Positions 25,546-38,035 of a DNA stretch of 64,000 nt are shown here, piece by piece; position 1 is the stretch's first letter, and each line of letters begins with the position of its first letter. The DNA comes from Raillietiella orientalis. Lineage: Eukaryota. A program made the position numbers and the translations under genes. Location of the stretch: positions 5,828,001 to 5,892,000 of the forward strand of contig JAYWIR010000006.1 of the NCBI GenBank assembly GCA_036172245.1, in the 5' to 3' direction. The notes beneath the pieces are model-generated. The model worked only from the letters and a program-made list of their open reading frames with translations. It searched no databases and had not been told where the DNA came from.

Positions 25546-27249
25546 CACCTTGGCTGAATGACGTCAGCAGTGCATACCTCACTCTCCACGCCGTCATGAT
25601 GCACTGCATGGAGTCCGCTTCGGCGCTTTTCGGGTCCTGCATCGAGGGAGAGAGCTCAGGCGCTGCTGGCACGCGATGCCTGTGCACCCCTGGAGGGAAC
25701 GTGCAGGGTCAGCTAGCTCTGTCGCCATCGTCGCTGTGCTTCCTTCCTTGGCCGTACCTCCTCGGGCGTCGCTGCCGAGTTTCCACGGAGACGGAAAACG
25801 CCAGGAGCGGAGCTTCAATTCTTCTTGAAGAGCCACCGGAGGTCCAGCCGGAGTTTCGAGCCAGGCAAAGTGGCCTTCCGTCCGTCCGCCCCACTTTACC
25901 CTCGGCTGCAACTTTCATATGTCATCGCCATTCCCTTCCTCTCCCCCCCCCCTGCTCGAAGCAGCCCAAAATGTCGTAGGAGCCCTCGGAGACAGAGCGC
26001 GCGTAGGTGACCGCGACCGTGAAGGCGACCGCACGTGCGTCCGTCCCTGCGACCTCATTCCGACCGCCGCTGCGGAAAGACATCTTGCGCGCACGCACGA
26101 GGCGCCCCCTCGTTGCCGGTCTCCTAAGCAACGTTCTCCCTCCAGCAGGAGGGTGGGGACGCCCCTGGAACCCAGTGTGGGGCTCGATGGAGGCTGCTGC
26201 ATCCTTAATGTAGCAAAAATCTTTCCTCTGAAAGTTTTGGCTGCTGGAAGTTTATCCATCCACCCTTCACCCTCTGGGGCGTTTCCCCCAGTCCGACTCG
26301 CAGTGGGGTGAACTCATTCCAGCAGAAAAGCCGCCCTCACCACTACGGGCATGACTGTTGCCATGCAACCGCGCACGCGCCGCTTCCGTCGGTCCCCCGT
26401 GGTTCGAGGGCGAAGGAACGAATGGTAAGGCACAGGGAAGAAGGGGCAGGGCGACGCCGAAGAAACCCTTTCGCGGGCCGCCTGGTGCCCGGCACCAACG
26501 GGCCCGTCCGCTTCTCGGAATCTCCTTGGCAACTCGGAAAAGTCTAGACTGGAAAGTCTAGACGTGGCTCTCCCGGTGAGGATGGTACGAAGAAGAAGGT
26601 CCTCGAAGAGTTCTAGCAGGTCCTCCGCATCGGACCAGGTTGTCTTTCTTGCACTGACCTCTTGGCCACCTGAGGATCTTGGACAGGGGATTCCCTAAGT
26701 GATTCAAAGTCACGGTTTCATGGCTCCGCACGGGGGCCAGCTTCCGCCATCGGGCTTCCTCCGTACGGCATTACTGCCTCGTTCTGCGCAGCATCCGTCC
26801 GTGATGAAATATCATCCCCTGGCGCCGGAGCGCATGTCATCCGCATGAAACGGGGAGAAGACACCGTCCCCAGCAGTCTTAGGGAGGGAATCCCGAAGAG
26901 ACTTCTATTTCCCACTTCCTGGGGTCCTCCCTACTCCCGATTTCCGACCGCGAACGCGAGCGCGTGCTTGAGACGCGCTCCCTAAGCCAGGGGCATCCGC
27001 AGCGTCATCTCGCGAGAGGACTCGGAACTCTCTGCGCGTTCGAAATCGGCATGGATCTCTTCAGCGGTGCTTCGAGCGCGCGCCGCAAGGTGCCGCGCGC
27101 GCGGAAGCCAACGCGAGCTGATCTTCGTGTGACCTCACGCCATCCCGTCGAGAGTGCAAACGAGACGGATGAAGCACTCTCTGTTCCATCCGCGTGCTCG
27201 TGGACCATCAAATGGTGCTTGCCCCCATGATCACCGGCATCAAAAGCGG

Positions 27250-27590
27250 CACCGGAGCTTTGTGGAGCCTCCTTGGGGGTGGGTGGGGGGCAAAGCTCTT
27301 TTAAACACTGTCCACGCTGCCTGAGGGTGCTTGTGACTCTCCAAGATGGGGGATACCCTGGGAGGGACCACCCCATAAATCCAGGAAGACTCTGGAGGAA
27401 GGAGTCCATTCCTCTTGAACTTGGTAAGGGGACCCCGGAAGGGTACCCTCCACCCTGGCTGTCTTTGAAGGGAACCCCGAAGGGAGTTCCTTGTTCTCTC
27501 TGGACGGATCCCCCGACAAGGATTTGCTCCTTGTTTCTTCCTCTGAAGAGAACTGTCGCGGGTTCCGAGCCCTCTCGAGAGATGACGCTC
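27250..27590 (-). mobile_element. SINE-like repeat, 3' half
   Basis: Reverse complement aligns with 8340-8560 (ctcttcagaggaagaaac, gactccttcctcc, cttcctggattt, gagtcacaagcaccctc, gtggacagtgt). Confidence 0.7.
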
Positions 27591-27779
27591 AGGATGTCCC
27601 TGGCTTCGTGAGCGCGCCGCAGGGACGCGCTCGCGCTCGTGGTCGAGCGATCTGGCTGCATCAAAACTCCTGACCACTTTCGCCAAAGAGGACCCTGAAA
27701 GCGATTCATGAGCGGCTCGGCACCCGAGGTCTCACGAGCGCTACCGCTGCTGCTGCACGCATGAGATTCGTTCTTACAG

Positions 27780-28300
27780 CAAGCAGGTGTGGGGACTTCT
27801 TGCCGCTGTTTTCATGGAAGCAGTCCGTACGTCTGCGCTCAGGGAGCTACAGGAAGCAAGAAAAGATAACAAACCAGAGGACACGGGTCTTCTTTGCACG
27901 CCCCCAGGTGACGTGCAATCCCGGAAAGATGTCCAGATGGTGGTTGGCGCGCCGATGCCGCGATCCTGTTGGTCACCTCTGCGGAGCGTCTCACGCTGAA
28001 GGTTGCATTTTCGGCTGATTTGTCGCTTCGGAATGCCCGTAGTGAGCGGCCACAGCGACAGGAGGCGGCTTCCCAAAAGCAGGGGTTCTCCCCGGGGAAA
28101 GACGTGGAGCACCAGCGGCGCCACCCGGAACCAGGAACGGACTGCCGAGAGGCAGAATCCCTTCGGAGTCCCGGAGCACCCGGACTGCTTCCGCGTTCAT
28201 CACGAGTGCCCCTCCCGACCGGGTTCCCAGCCAGCCGAGTTCCAAGTTGGATGGGACTGCGTTCACCTACAGGGCGACTCGGAGAGAGGTGGTCACTGTT
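27780..28300 (+). mobile_element. Decayed LINE ORF1 fragment
   Basis: GRIPS...CFR and CVHLQG knuckle relics. LCTPPGDVQ is similar to LCTPGGNVQ at ~25680. Confidence 0.35.
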
Positions 28301-29049
28301 TTTGCGCTCCTGAGGCTGCTTTCAGTAGAGGACAAGGAAGGGAGAAATTCCGTTCCTCCTTGGATCGAGGCCTTCAAGGCCGAAGGTTCGCTCAGCAGCG
28401 GCATCACTCGCCTCCTCCTTCCGGAACAACGGGCAGCAGGCTCTGCTGCAGGGGTTTCGCTTCCGGCAGTTGCCGAGGTCAGCTGGGGTCGAGAAGGCAG
28501 TTCTCTTGGTCCAGCATAGGAGAAGAGCGGGCTCGGAGAAGGTCAAAGTTCATAGGAGGATCAGGTTTCTGAGAGGAGGGAACAGCGGAAACCAAGGGCG
28601 TCGCGATTTGCCGGATCAGGGAGGCGGACTTTCGCTCTTTCACCTGGAAACTGTCAGCAACCACTACATCACTCAGTAGGCAGAAGGTGCGCCATCAGCG
28701 CCAAAGAGCTTCCTTCGCCGGTTGTCATGGAAACGGCAGCTCTTGGTTGCTTTTTGTTTGGCTGATGGGAGTCCTCTCTGGACCTGGGCGCTCCCGTCAT
28801 GCTTGCCATGGCGAAACGGAAGCGGCACGGGTGCGGGATGCCCGCGTGGGTCGAGGAAGTCTGAAAGGGCGCGGGCGATTTTAGGCGGCTCTTCTGCCTT
28901 CTACCCGTGGGACGCGTGGTTCCTGGGATTTCGGTTTTTCGCTCGCTTCGTCCCCTCCCCTCGAGGGAGAGAACACCGAGCAGTCGGCTGCTGCTTATGA
29001 GGCTGCTGAGATTCCCAGCTTCGGGGGGTGGGGGAGGCAGGAATCCCAT

Positions 29050-29490
29050 CCTCTTTCTTTCCTCTTCTTCCTTAAATCCTCTTTCCTTTCTCCTCCTCCT
29101 TCCTCTCCTGTTTCTCCTCTCCTCTTCCTCCTCCTTCCCCCCCTTCCTCGTCTTCCCTTCTTCCCCTTTCCTTTCTCTTTATTTCTTCCTCCTCTTTCAC
29201 AACATCCTCATCCTTTCCTCGTCTTTTCCATTCCTATTTCGTCTTCCGAGGAAAAGATGAGGATTTCTTTCCTCTTCCTTTTTTCCGGAGCCTGTTGTCC
29301 TCGGACTCTCTGGAGAGCTCGAGTAGTAATATTTTTTCTACCTCCTCTTCTTTGCTTATTTCACCTCCTCTTCCTCTTTGCCCTCTTTTTGGTTTCTTTC
29401 CTCTCTTACTCCTCCTCTCCTCCTTTCCTTTCTCCCCCCTTCCTCCTCCTCTTGCTTTTCTCGTCTTCCTCCTCCCTTCCACCTCCCCGC
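29050..29490 (+). repeat. Polypyrimidine (C/T-rich) low-complexity tract
   Basis: ~440 nt almost entirely C/T. Shorter tracts occur at ~30270-30380, 38250-38325, 58780-58920 and, purine-rich on +, at 49615-49680, 55370-55435 and 60100-60195. Confidence 0.85.
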
Positions 29491-32199
29491 GAAGGGAGAG
29501 CTGTATTCGGGAGTTAGCGCTGAGGAGCAGGCAGGAGTGCCAGCCTCTTGACCGACTTTGCTGGTCGCCGTGCCCTCCAGCAAGGGACGGGAGGACGAAA
29601 GCTCAGGAGTTTTGAGCGCTCCTGCTCGTCCGCTCCATCCGCCGCTCCCGGAGGACGGGGTAGGGCGCATTCCCGGCGGCCCGGAAGGGAGAGTGCGGGC
29701 TCGACCCTGTGGCAACGGTCCGAGGTGAACCAAGTCAATATTGCCAGAGCACGCAGCCATTCCGAGTCGTGAGCGTTCGAGGTGGTCTTCGCGCCTACTC
29801 GGATGGTTGTCGACGCCTCCCCCGGCTGAGCCCAGGAGTGGGCCACCACCTTTTGCCGGGAGGAAACTCTCTGCGCAGGACTCTTCAGGCCGCCCGATTT
29901 CCCTCATCCCCTAAGAGGAGTGGACCGGCGCCGGCTAGTCATCGCGAAAGGATCCAGAGGGAACAGAGGTCATTCTATCTCAGCAGCAGGAATCGCCTGC
30001 AGGCACGGGAGGAAAGACCCACGAGAGATGGGGGAGTTAGGGGGGGGGAAGGAAAGACAGAAGCTGGTTCAGGGAGCATTCTCAGCGACGCGCTTGCGGA
30101 ATGTCGGCTTTCCAATTATTGCCCTTCGAGGGTGGAGAGGCAGACGGCACCGGTGTGTCGGCCGATGCAGTCGAAGAGGTCGTTTCCAATCAGCAGCCGT
30201 GGCCATAGAGACTACAACTCCAGAGCCAGTTGGCCGCGGGCTCCCTAGAGCGCTTGGGCATTTTTTCCACCTCCTATCCTCCTCTTCGCTTCTTCCTCCT
30301 CCCACTCCCACCTCCTCTTCTGCCTTTCTTCCTCTTCCCTTTCTCCTTTCCTTTCTCCCTTTCTCCTCTTTCCCATCCTTCGTGAACCGTCCCATGATCA
30401 CGAAGAGAAGGGCTATCGCTACCAGGGGCGTGAAGATGTCCCCGAATTTCAAGAAGAGGAAGTTCTGCGAGATGCCCGAGCTTCCCAGTCAGAGGTCCCG
30501 GGATCCCTGGAGCGCCTGGACGGGAAGGAAAGAGCAAAGCCCACCGAGACCTCCGCGTACCGGATTGCCTCAGAAGGAAGAGAAGGGAATTTGCCCTTCG
30601 TTGCCGCTGCCCTCTGATGTATGGACCGGTTCGTAGAGTCGTGCAAACTAGTGGGGCTGGGGGAGGCGGCAAACGACCGGGGATCCTCACGGGCAGATCC
30701 TCCAAGCAGCCTTGGTGTTCCGTTGAGCGACTTCTCTGCTGTAGGCGCCTGGTCCATCCGTCTCCAGGGGGACGGAGCAGGAGCTCGGCCCATCTCTCGA
30801 TGGCGATGGCGCCATTCTGGAGCGGGCCGCTATCTGAAAAACCGTCCTAGACGTTTCCTCCTTTTTTTCCCCGGGCTGCCCGTCCCCTTTCCGGTGAAGA
30901 TCCGGGCACAGAGCCTTCGCTTAGAAAAGCCCTGTGGGGCACCCCTGATCCTCCCGAAAGAACTGATAGCTCCGCGCAGGAATGCCGACCCGTCCTCCCT
31001 CCCGGTAGCTCCCGGCCTCGGATCCCCAGCCGACCCAAAATCCTGGCGACAGGAGGCGACGGGGTTCTGGGCTGCCACTCTCGAGGCGCTCCCAGACGTC
31101 CCCGAGGGAGGCATATTGCAGGACCGGACGCTGTAGTCCCGGATGACGGTCACGCCCCTCGCCGCAGTCCTCAGGGCGTGCGGCGGTAGCAGCCCGCCCG
31201 CGGGCTGGGGATTGTCCTGTGTGGTTTAAAAGGTCGAGAAACTCCTGGACGGCTGGACGAGCCGGAGCCACCCGTCATCCCTGGAGAGAGGGATCCTCTT
31301 AGGAGTATCCCCGGAAAACTCCCCCGCTATCCTCTCCCTTGAGCGTAGATGCAACGGTCCCCCCGTTGCGGTGGAAACGGCACATCCTTCTACTGCTGCT
31401 GCTCCGGGGCTGCCGCGGCAACCGGCGCGGGCACCTGGTTTCCTAGGGGCCCAGAATGTTACCGAAGCGGGGAGACAGCGATCCTTCTCACACACCTCCC
31501 GTCGAACTGCCGTGCCTGAGAAAAACTCTGGAAGGGAAGACTGCCCTCGACGCTCCGCGACCTGCTGCGGCGATTCTTCATGCGGGGCGGGCTGACGGCA
31601 GGCATCGCAATGGCATTGGGACGCCGTACCTCCGCACCGTCTACGCAGCCCGCCTCCGTGGGCTGGGGTCTGAGGGGCAGCAGAGGAAGGTCGTCCCTGG
31701 ATGAGGATGGCTGCGGGGGCGGGCGGCTTCGCCTGTGGGAAAATCGTCAGCATTCAGCGCCATCTCTGGAAAGAAAGGAGCGATCGGCACCAAAGACCCC
31801 GCTCCATCCCATTTCAATCTCTTCTTTCCGGGACCTCGGTCCCCGGTGACCAGTAGCTTCGCTTATTTTTGAAAGAGCGTCCCAGCGTCACCGGGTCAAA
31901 ATGCAGTCTCAGGGATCGAGGAAACCAGGAAAATCATCCAACCCGGAGAACCTGGAAAGCCGCGCGAGAGGCCCGGAAAAGGCGTGTCCCCCTTTCGTTT
32001 GCCCTCCGTTGCAGAGGCGTTCCGGGAGGATGAACCAGTCCGGACGGGATCCGATCGCGTCCGGAGTCCCCTCTGGCGGCGAAGACGCGAAGTCCGTGCC
32101 GCTGACCTGGCCGCCCGCCCCGAGGTGCCCCAAGTCTCTCCCTGACCGCGTTCGCTTCATCTTCCGACCCGGAGGTCACCGCGCTGGAACCCTCCGCGA

Positions 32200-32790
32200 G
32201 TTTTCATCGAGCTGGTCGAAGCGGGTGGATTGGGGGCGCGACACGGAGAAGGGCTGGGGTCACGTGGTTCATGGGTTTCTGCCGAGCAACGCAGGCACCG
32301 TCCTCCTCGATTTGCGCCTTCGGGGGCACGGCTTATGGAGGATCCCGTAGTGGGACGGGCAGGTGCGTTGGCGGTCCGAATGCCCCGCGCCTACGGGTCG
32401 CAACCTGGGGACATACGCTCCCTCCTATCCAGCGGTGGTCAGGAAGCCCGGGGACCCCGCGACTGGCGCCACCTGATCGAACTTCTGCAGGGAGGTTCTC
32501 CTCTCCTTAGAGACCGCTGCACGGAAGCTACAGGTCACCTGCGCAGCTCCCGCGTGCCGGTCGCACGCACGCAGGGCCAGCAAGGAGGGCCAAGAACTTC
32601 AGAGTGTCCTTCCAGGAACACAGTGTCCTTCCAGAGTGCCTCGGGACGGACGATCACGCTCTCGACCCGGAGCAGGAGTGACTTCAGGGCCACGTCGGTC
32701 ACTTGGGAAACAGAGAAGACGCAGCTCCGTTGCGGAGCACCGCAGTAAGACTCATCCACTCCTCCAAAACAAAAGGAAGAGATGACCCAC
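32200..32790 (-). mobile_element. Decayed LINE ORF1 fragment with CCHC knuckles
   Basis: Minus strand CLRCSAETHEPRD(P) fits C-x2-C-x4-H-x4-C with the last Cys lost, and there is a second relic upstream. It shares tccataagccgt with the + fragment at ~46590. Confidence 0.55.
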
Positions 32791-32799
32791 GAGGGCATT

Positions 32800-34330
32800 T
32801 GGCCAGTTCCGCGTTAGGTCGAGCGATTCCTAAAAGAGGGCGCGCGGAGAGGTGCAGAATGATTCGCGCCGCAGAGAAGAGATGGAGGCGCGGGACTGCG
32901 CACGAGAGGATTCGGCGAGGTTTCAGCCTGTTCTTGCAGTGGGGAGGACATGAGGCGGCGGTGATCCTCGTGAGGAGCTGCGTGATATCCCGCGGACCTG
33001 ACTCTGGGCAGAGACAGGCCTATGGCTACCGCCTACACCTTGGGAATGGCGCGAGAGGATCGGCTCTTGGTCGGAGCAGTCGGGTCTGCGCTCAAGATTC
33101 TGATTTTCACACGGGTGCCAGCCAGTTCAGATCGGTCGTGGTGGTGCTTGATGTGGTCAGCACGAGGTCAGCACCATTTCGCTCCTTCGCACGGGCTGCT
33201 GCACGGCGCAAGGAAGCGTGGCAGCTCCTAGTGAAGAGCATCTAGATTGGGAGGAAGACGGAGGGAGGAGTCGTGACTTTGGTCTCCGAAATGGAGCTTC
33301 AGCTCTCCACAAAGTGAGGTGAGTTCAGGAGCACGATCTGGAGCCGGGGGAGGCTTTCCATGGCGAGGCGGCTGTGGCGGCGGTAGGAGCGCTGGCCGAC
33401 CGCAGGGCGGTAAGCCACAGATTGGCAGCCGGCGAACTGATCGTGCAAAGGCGGATCCTACAGGGTTGCCAGAATCATCAGGAAGGTGCGCTCCCGCAAG
33501 AGGACGTGCGAAGGTGAGCCGACAACGGTTCCAGGGAAACTGCTTCTCGCTGTTGGACCACTTCCCTCCTCTTCATCCCCCTTTCCTAGCCCTCGCTTAA
33601 CCATGGAAACGCACAGAGGGTACAAATGACTTTCACCCCGGCATTCAGAGGAGAACGCTGTTTGCAGGTTTCGCTACCCCCGTCCTCTCCCACCCGCTGC
33701 AGGAAATCGTGGGCTGCCCGAGAAGGCCACCTGGGCACGGAGCACCCCACTTGCAGCCGCGCCCAACAAAAACGCGACAAAGTGAAAATAGCGATGGCCT
33801 TGCAAGATGGGGACCGCCCTAAGACATCGTAGGAAAGAAGAAGCAGTTGGGATGCCGGACAGCGCGTCAACTGGTTGACACATCTACCCCCACCGCCCTC
33901 CCCAAAGGAATTCTCCATCGTGCGGACATTCTCTCAGAGGAGGCAGAGATACCCCTAGTGTTTATGGACAGCTCCCCTTGAGGTGGAATTCCAGCTGTTG
34001 CCCTGAGGATCCCATGCAACGCTCGATTCCACCACTGGACAAGCAGGAGTGTAGCGCCATTTGTGGGAAACGAGGAACCTTGCCTCACCTACCTTTCGAT
34101 TATGCTACCCTCCCGAATCTCTGGGAACGCTTCGCTGTGGCCCTCCTGCTCTCGATGGAGAACGGCAGGGAGTCCCTCTTCTCGAGCGCGGCTGGATGTC
34201 GCCCTCAGCCTCCCTCGCAGCCCTGCGCTGCCTCCGTGGGATTGCAGAGGCTAGAAGACGCGTCGAAAGAAGCAGGTCGCAAACGGCGAGGACACCGCAA
34301 CCGTCTTCTCCTTTGTGAGGAGGGCAGCAG
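32800..34330 (+). mobile_element. Decayed L1/Tx1-like LINE ORF2 3' portion with zf-RVT
   Basis: QFRSVVVVLDVVST (cf. QFRTIALVAKLWST), IPCNARFHHWT (cf. LPSNARRSHWT) and ICGKRGTLPHLPFDYATLPNLWERFA (cf. CGEQESLPHQLLDCVALQSLWLRYA) are collinear with copy A. Confidence 0.75.
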
Positions 34331-34399
34331 GATGACCCAGAACAAAAGGAGGAAGTTGCCAACGTCTTACAGGGGATGCTGAGGACTCCAGGAAGAAAT

Positions 34400-34855
34400 G
34401 CCCGCGTCGTGCGGCGGTCTTGGCGCGCGGCACCACTAGACGTCGTGGGTTCGAATCCTGCCCGGGGAACGGTTGACGCCAGGGGGAAATGAGTGCGTCG
34501 TTGGTCCGAGTTCCTCCCGCAAGATGGCGCTGGTCAGCCCAGAATCGGGTGAGGCGCTGGGAGAGGTAAAAAACCGGATACCCCCCGATGAGTGGTCAGG
34601 ACTGGGAGTCGACCTTCCTTCCAGGAAACAGAATCAAGGAGTCCCATCGGAGTTCCCTCCAGGGGGGTAAACAGGGAGTGCATCCTTTCCAGGAGGTCCC
34701 TCCGGAGAAGAAATTCTAGGAGCTTTCCGGATTCCCTTCGGAGACAACCCTTCGGTTCCCTTAGGGAACCCCTCCTGGGCGTGAGAGGGGGAACGGACTC
34801 CCTTTTCCGAAGCCCTTTCCTGGATTCCCTCCCAGGGTACCCCTTATCTTGAAGA
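34400..34855 (+). mobile_element. SINE-like repeat copy with internal deletion
   Basis: Head gcccgcgtcg; B-box GGTTCGAATCC at 34448-34458 followed by tgcccgggg as at 7967; 3' motifs ggaacggactcc and cctggatt..gggtacccc..tatcttgaag. Confidence 0.7.
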
Positions 34856-35719
34856 ACGATAACCTCTTCCATTCCCCATCCCCTTTTGCAACTCATTCTC
34901 AAGATTTTTTAGGCTGGATTTTGTATTTTTGCCTTTTTGTTTACCTCTCCCCCCACCCCACGACCCCCACCTCTCCTGTGCGGACGTCGTCGGGGGAGCT
35001 GCCTGCAAGAGGCAGCGCCAGACTTCGTGTCCAGGCGAGCGCTCCTGACAGGTCGCGGGGTCAGTCGTCCACCCTCGCTGGGGACGCCCAGCCCCCCGCA
35101 GCTTCGTTCGGAACGCCGAGCAGGGGAAGCCTTTGAGAGCACGCGGTGGGATCACGGGGCCCCTTGAGTTCCTCCTGTCCCTCCCGTTCAGGAGCGGGGT
35201 GGTTCCTCTGGAGGGTGGCTGGAGCTGTGCTCTCTGGCCTGCCTGCCGACGAATCTCTCTTGGCAGTCTGCCGAGTGGCACGCCCGCAGATATGCTTCCG
35301 GGGTGCTCCAGGGGCGTCCGCGGAACCGCTTCGGGAAGGCTTCCAGAGAAGAGGTCCGCAGACTCCAGTGATGCTGCCCGCAGCCACGCGAGGGCCGACG
35401 GCGCCATGCAAGATGCAGCACAGATTGAACTTTTGACGCCCTAAGCCCCTCTGCGCGGCTGGCCCTTGGGGTACTAGGGGTGCGGGCGGGGGCCCCTTCG
35501 AGGTCCGTTCCGTACCGTCGACGGATGCTGCATCTGCCGCGTGCGGACCGTTCGCGAGATCTGCTCGACGAGCGCGCGCAGGGGGGAGGGGGGATCCGGC
35601 AGCGGCTGCATTTCCCCCGAACGGGGGGAGTCGGTTCTGGGGTGGTTGCCTGGAGACGATGGGATGCGACAACAGTGCAGCTCTCCGGAAGCTCTGCGGA
35701 CGGTCTTCTCCGGATAGGA

Positions 35720-36050
35720 ACTCGCCCGGAGGAACGGACGTCCAGCCTCGGTCCGCGCGCGCTTCCTCGGAGGTGCAAGCAGGCGCCAAGGTGACTTCTG
35801 AGGGTCGGATGTCTTCCCCCCATCGCCAACAGTGAAATCCTTTTCCCCCTTCCGCGACACTGTGGGCTGCGCGCGTCGCTTCCGGCGACCTGGGCCCCCT
35901 CTTTGGCAATGGTAGCAGACGTGGGGACGCACCAACAGACGGTTTCGAGGTTCCTCTGGTGCCTTGAGGGGATTCTCCTCAGGACGCCGAATGACCTATC
36001 GACTGAGCCGCAGGAAGCGGACTTGGCTCCTTGAGGAGAGACGCTCATCC
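35720..36050 (-). mobile_element. Decayed LINE ORF1 fragment with three zinc-knuckle relics
   Basis: RRIPSR..VRPHVCYHCQRGG, then QCRGRGKR and CLHLRGSARGPR: three successive degenerate CCHC motifs, as in Tx1/L1 gag-like ORF1. Confidence 0.6.
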
Positions 36051-36452
36051 TCGGGGCTGCACCGTCGCCCTGGGGGTGGTCCTAAGTGCTTGGTCGGGGG
36101 GAGTTCTCCTTCGCACGTGTAGCCCCCTCTAGCGGGAGGGATGGGGGGAAAAGAGGTGCCTGCGCGAGGCGGCCTAAATGAGGCGCGTAGCGACGCGTCG
36201 AAATGCACCGCACCATCTTTCAGACTGGGAGGGGCAAGCCGGGAGCGCTATTGTCGCGTCTCCGTGGACAAGTGGCTCTTCCGCTCCGTGAAGAAAAGCC
36301 GGCTACGAAGGGGCAGCCGATTCTTCCCGAATTCTGATTGAGGGGCTTCATTTCAAGTATCCGCGATGGGAATGCCCTCAGGCAGTCATGTCGCTGAGCG
36401 ACAATCCATGAAGCGAGATGTTGCAGCCCCGCTTGGCTATTCTGGTTGTTTT

Positions 36453-37430
36453 ATCGCCTGGTCACGCCTGGACGTTTATTATGAAAATAATAAACATAGG
36501 GGTGTAAGGCCATTGGCCCTACAGTGTCCGAAAATGTTCAAAACCTGCCGAGGGACTGGTACGCAGGCCGGCGAGGTTCGCCTCGGCAGCGGAGGGGAGA
36601 GGGAGAAGGCAAACAAAAATAAAAATAAAACAAAAAAATGTATACGAAAAAAAGCTGGGAGGGTTAGGGAAGGGATTACCGGGAGCTGGAGGGCGCCCTC
36701 TACATCCTTTCCAGGATGCCGGCAAGTTCCATCTGAGTGTGTCCCAGGTGGAGCCATCTTGCTGCCGTCTGCAGGAAGCGCAGGGCGAAGCAGATGGCGT
36801 CCTTGTCGCGCCATCCTCTTCTCGAGTAGCTCCAGGTCGCCACAATCCTACGTAGGCAGGATCAAAGAGCTGCTGGGGATGAGGCAGGCGAAAGGGCATC
36901 GCGCACGAAGAGGCGCTTCGTCACGTCCCGGAGATTGTCCGTCGGTGCATCAAGGGCAGTTGTGTAGCGCAAACAAGGGGGCCGGAGGATAACAAGCAGG
37001 CGTGGGAGCTGGGATTCCCATTCCTCGCACCTGTAACAGTTGAGATCCACAGCCCCCCGGGTCAAGTGAGACCGACGGGCATTGCACTGGAGACTCCAGT
37101 GCAACAGTAGAAGTGCCTACTCTTGCCACTGCCGGTTGTCTGTCAGCGCTGAGGGCCACTCGATGCCTTCATGTAGGATTCCCAGCAGCAGGGGTGCCAC
37201 GACTAGGGAGGTTCTTTGCGCACATGTACACGCGGCGGTCTGCACGATGACTTCCTTCAGCGAGCGGCTGTTGTAGAAGGAGCGCAGCAGTCGCTGCCGC
37301 ATCTCCGGGCTCGCTTCGTTGTTCTGGGCCCACGTGCGGACGGTTCCTGCAACCAGACACTACCGCTAGTGGGCCGACAGAAGATCCAGTTGGTCCTGGT
37401 CAGCTGCAGCTCCAGTCCGGAACAACCTCT
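36453..37430 (-). mobile_element. L1/Tx1-like LINE 3' portion (copy B)
   Basis: RQRLLRSFYNSRSLKEVIVQ and HWSLQCNARRSHLTRGAVDLNCYRCEEWES closely match copy A; the 3' UTR hairpins and AATAAA are conserved. Confidence 0.85.
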
Positions 37431-37439
37431 TCCAGTTAA

Positions 37440-38035
37440 GAGGCGACTCCGTAGGAACCTCCCAATCGATCCGGGAAGGCCTCCCCGATTCCTCCTACAC
37501 CTGGGAGGGAACCTTGAAGGGGATTCTCTCCTTGGTGGTCTCCGGAAGGACTTTCTGGAAAGGACCCGCTCTCCCGTTTCCTCCTGTGAAGAGAACGCCA
37601 AAGGGGTGCTTCCTGAAGGGAGCAGCGTGTCCCAGGAGCCGCTCCTGGGACACGCTGGAGAGGTATCGATATACCAACTTTCTTGTAGGGATGCCCTCCA
37701 CCCCATTCAAAGGAAGCATCTCCACTTCGACAACCGGAGGGGAACAGCCCCGAATGCGTTCCCAGTTCCTGGAGGGACCCCGGAGGGTCAGCTTCCAATC
37801 GCGGATGCTAGTCAAGGGGGCCGCCCAGCTTCCACCAGTGCCGCTCCCGAATAGGCCGACCAGCGTGTCATTTTGCGGAGGGGGAAGGGGAGACTCAAAA
37901 TCCACGACGCACTCCATTTTCGGCATCGAACCCTTCCCCCCCTCCCTTCCCCTCCTTGGCGGCATTCGAACCCGCGAAATCCGGCGCCTCCGTGCACGCG
38001 AAGGCCGCCACAGTCGCACGACCGACAACGCGGGC
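37440..38035 (-). mobile_element. SINE-like repeat copy
   Basis: Reverse B-box gcattcgaacc at 37962-37972, head (rc gcccgcgttg) at 38026-38035, body cccgaataggcc and gggtcagcttccaatc. Confidence 0.7.
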
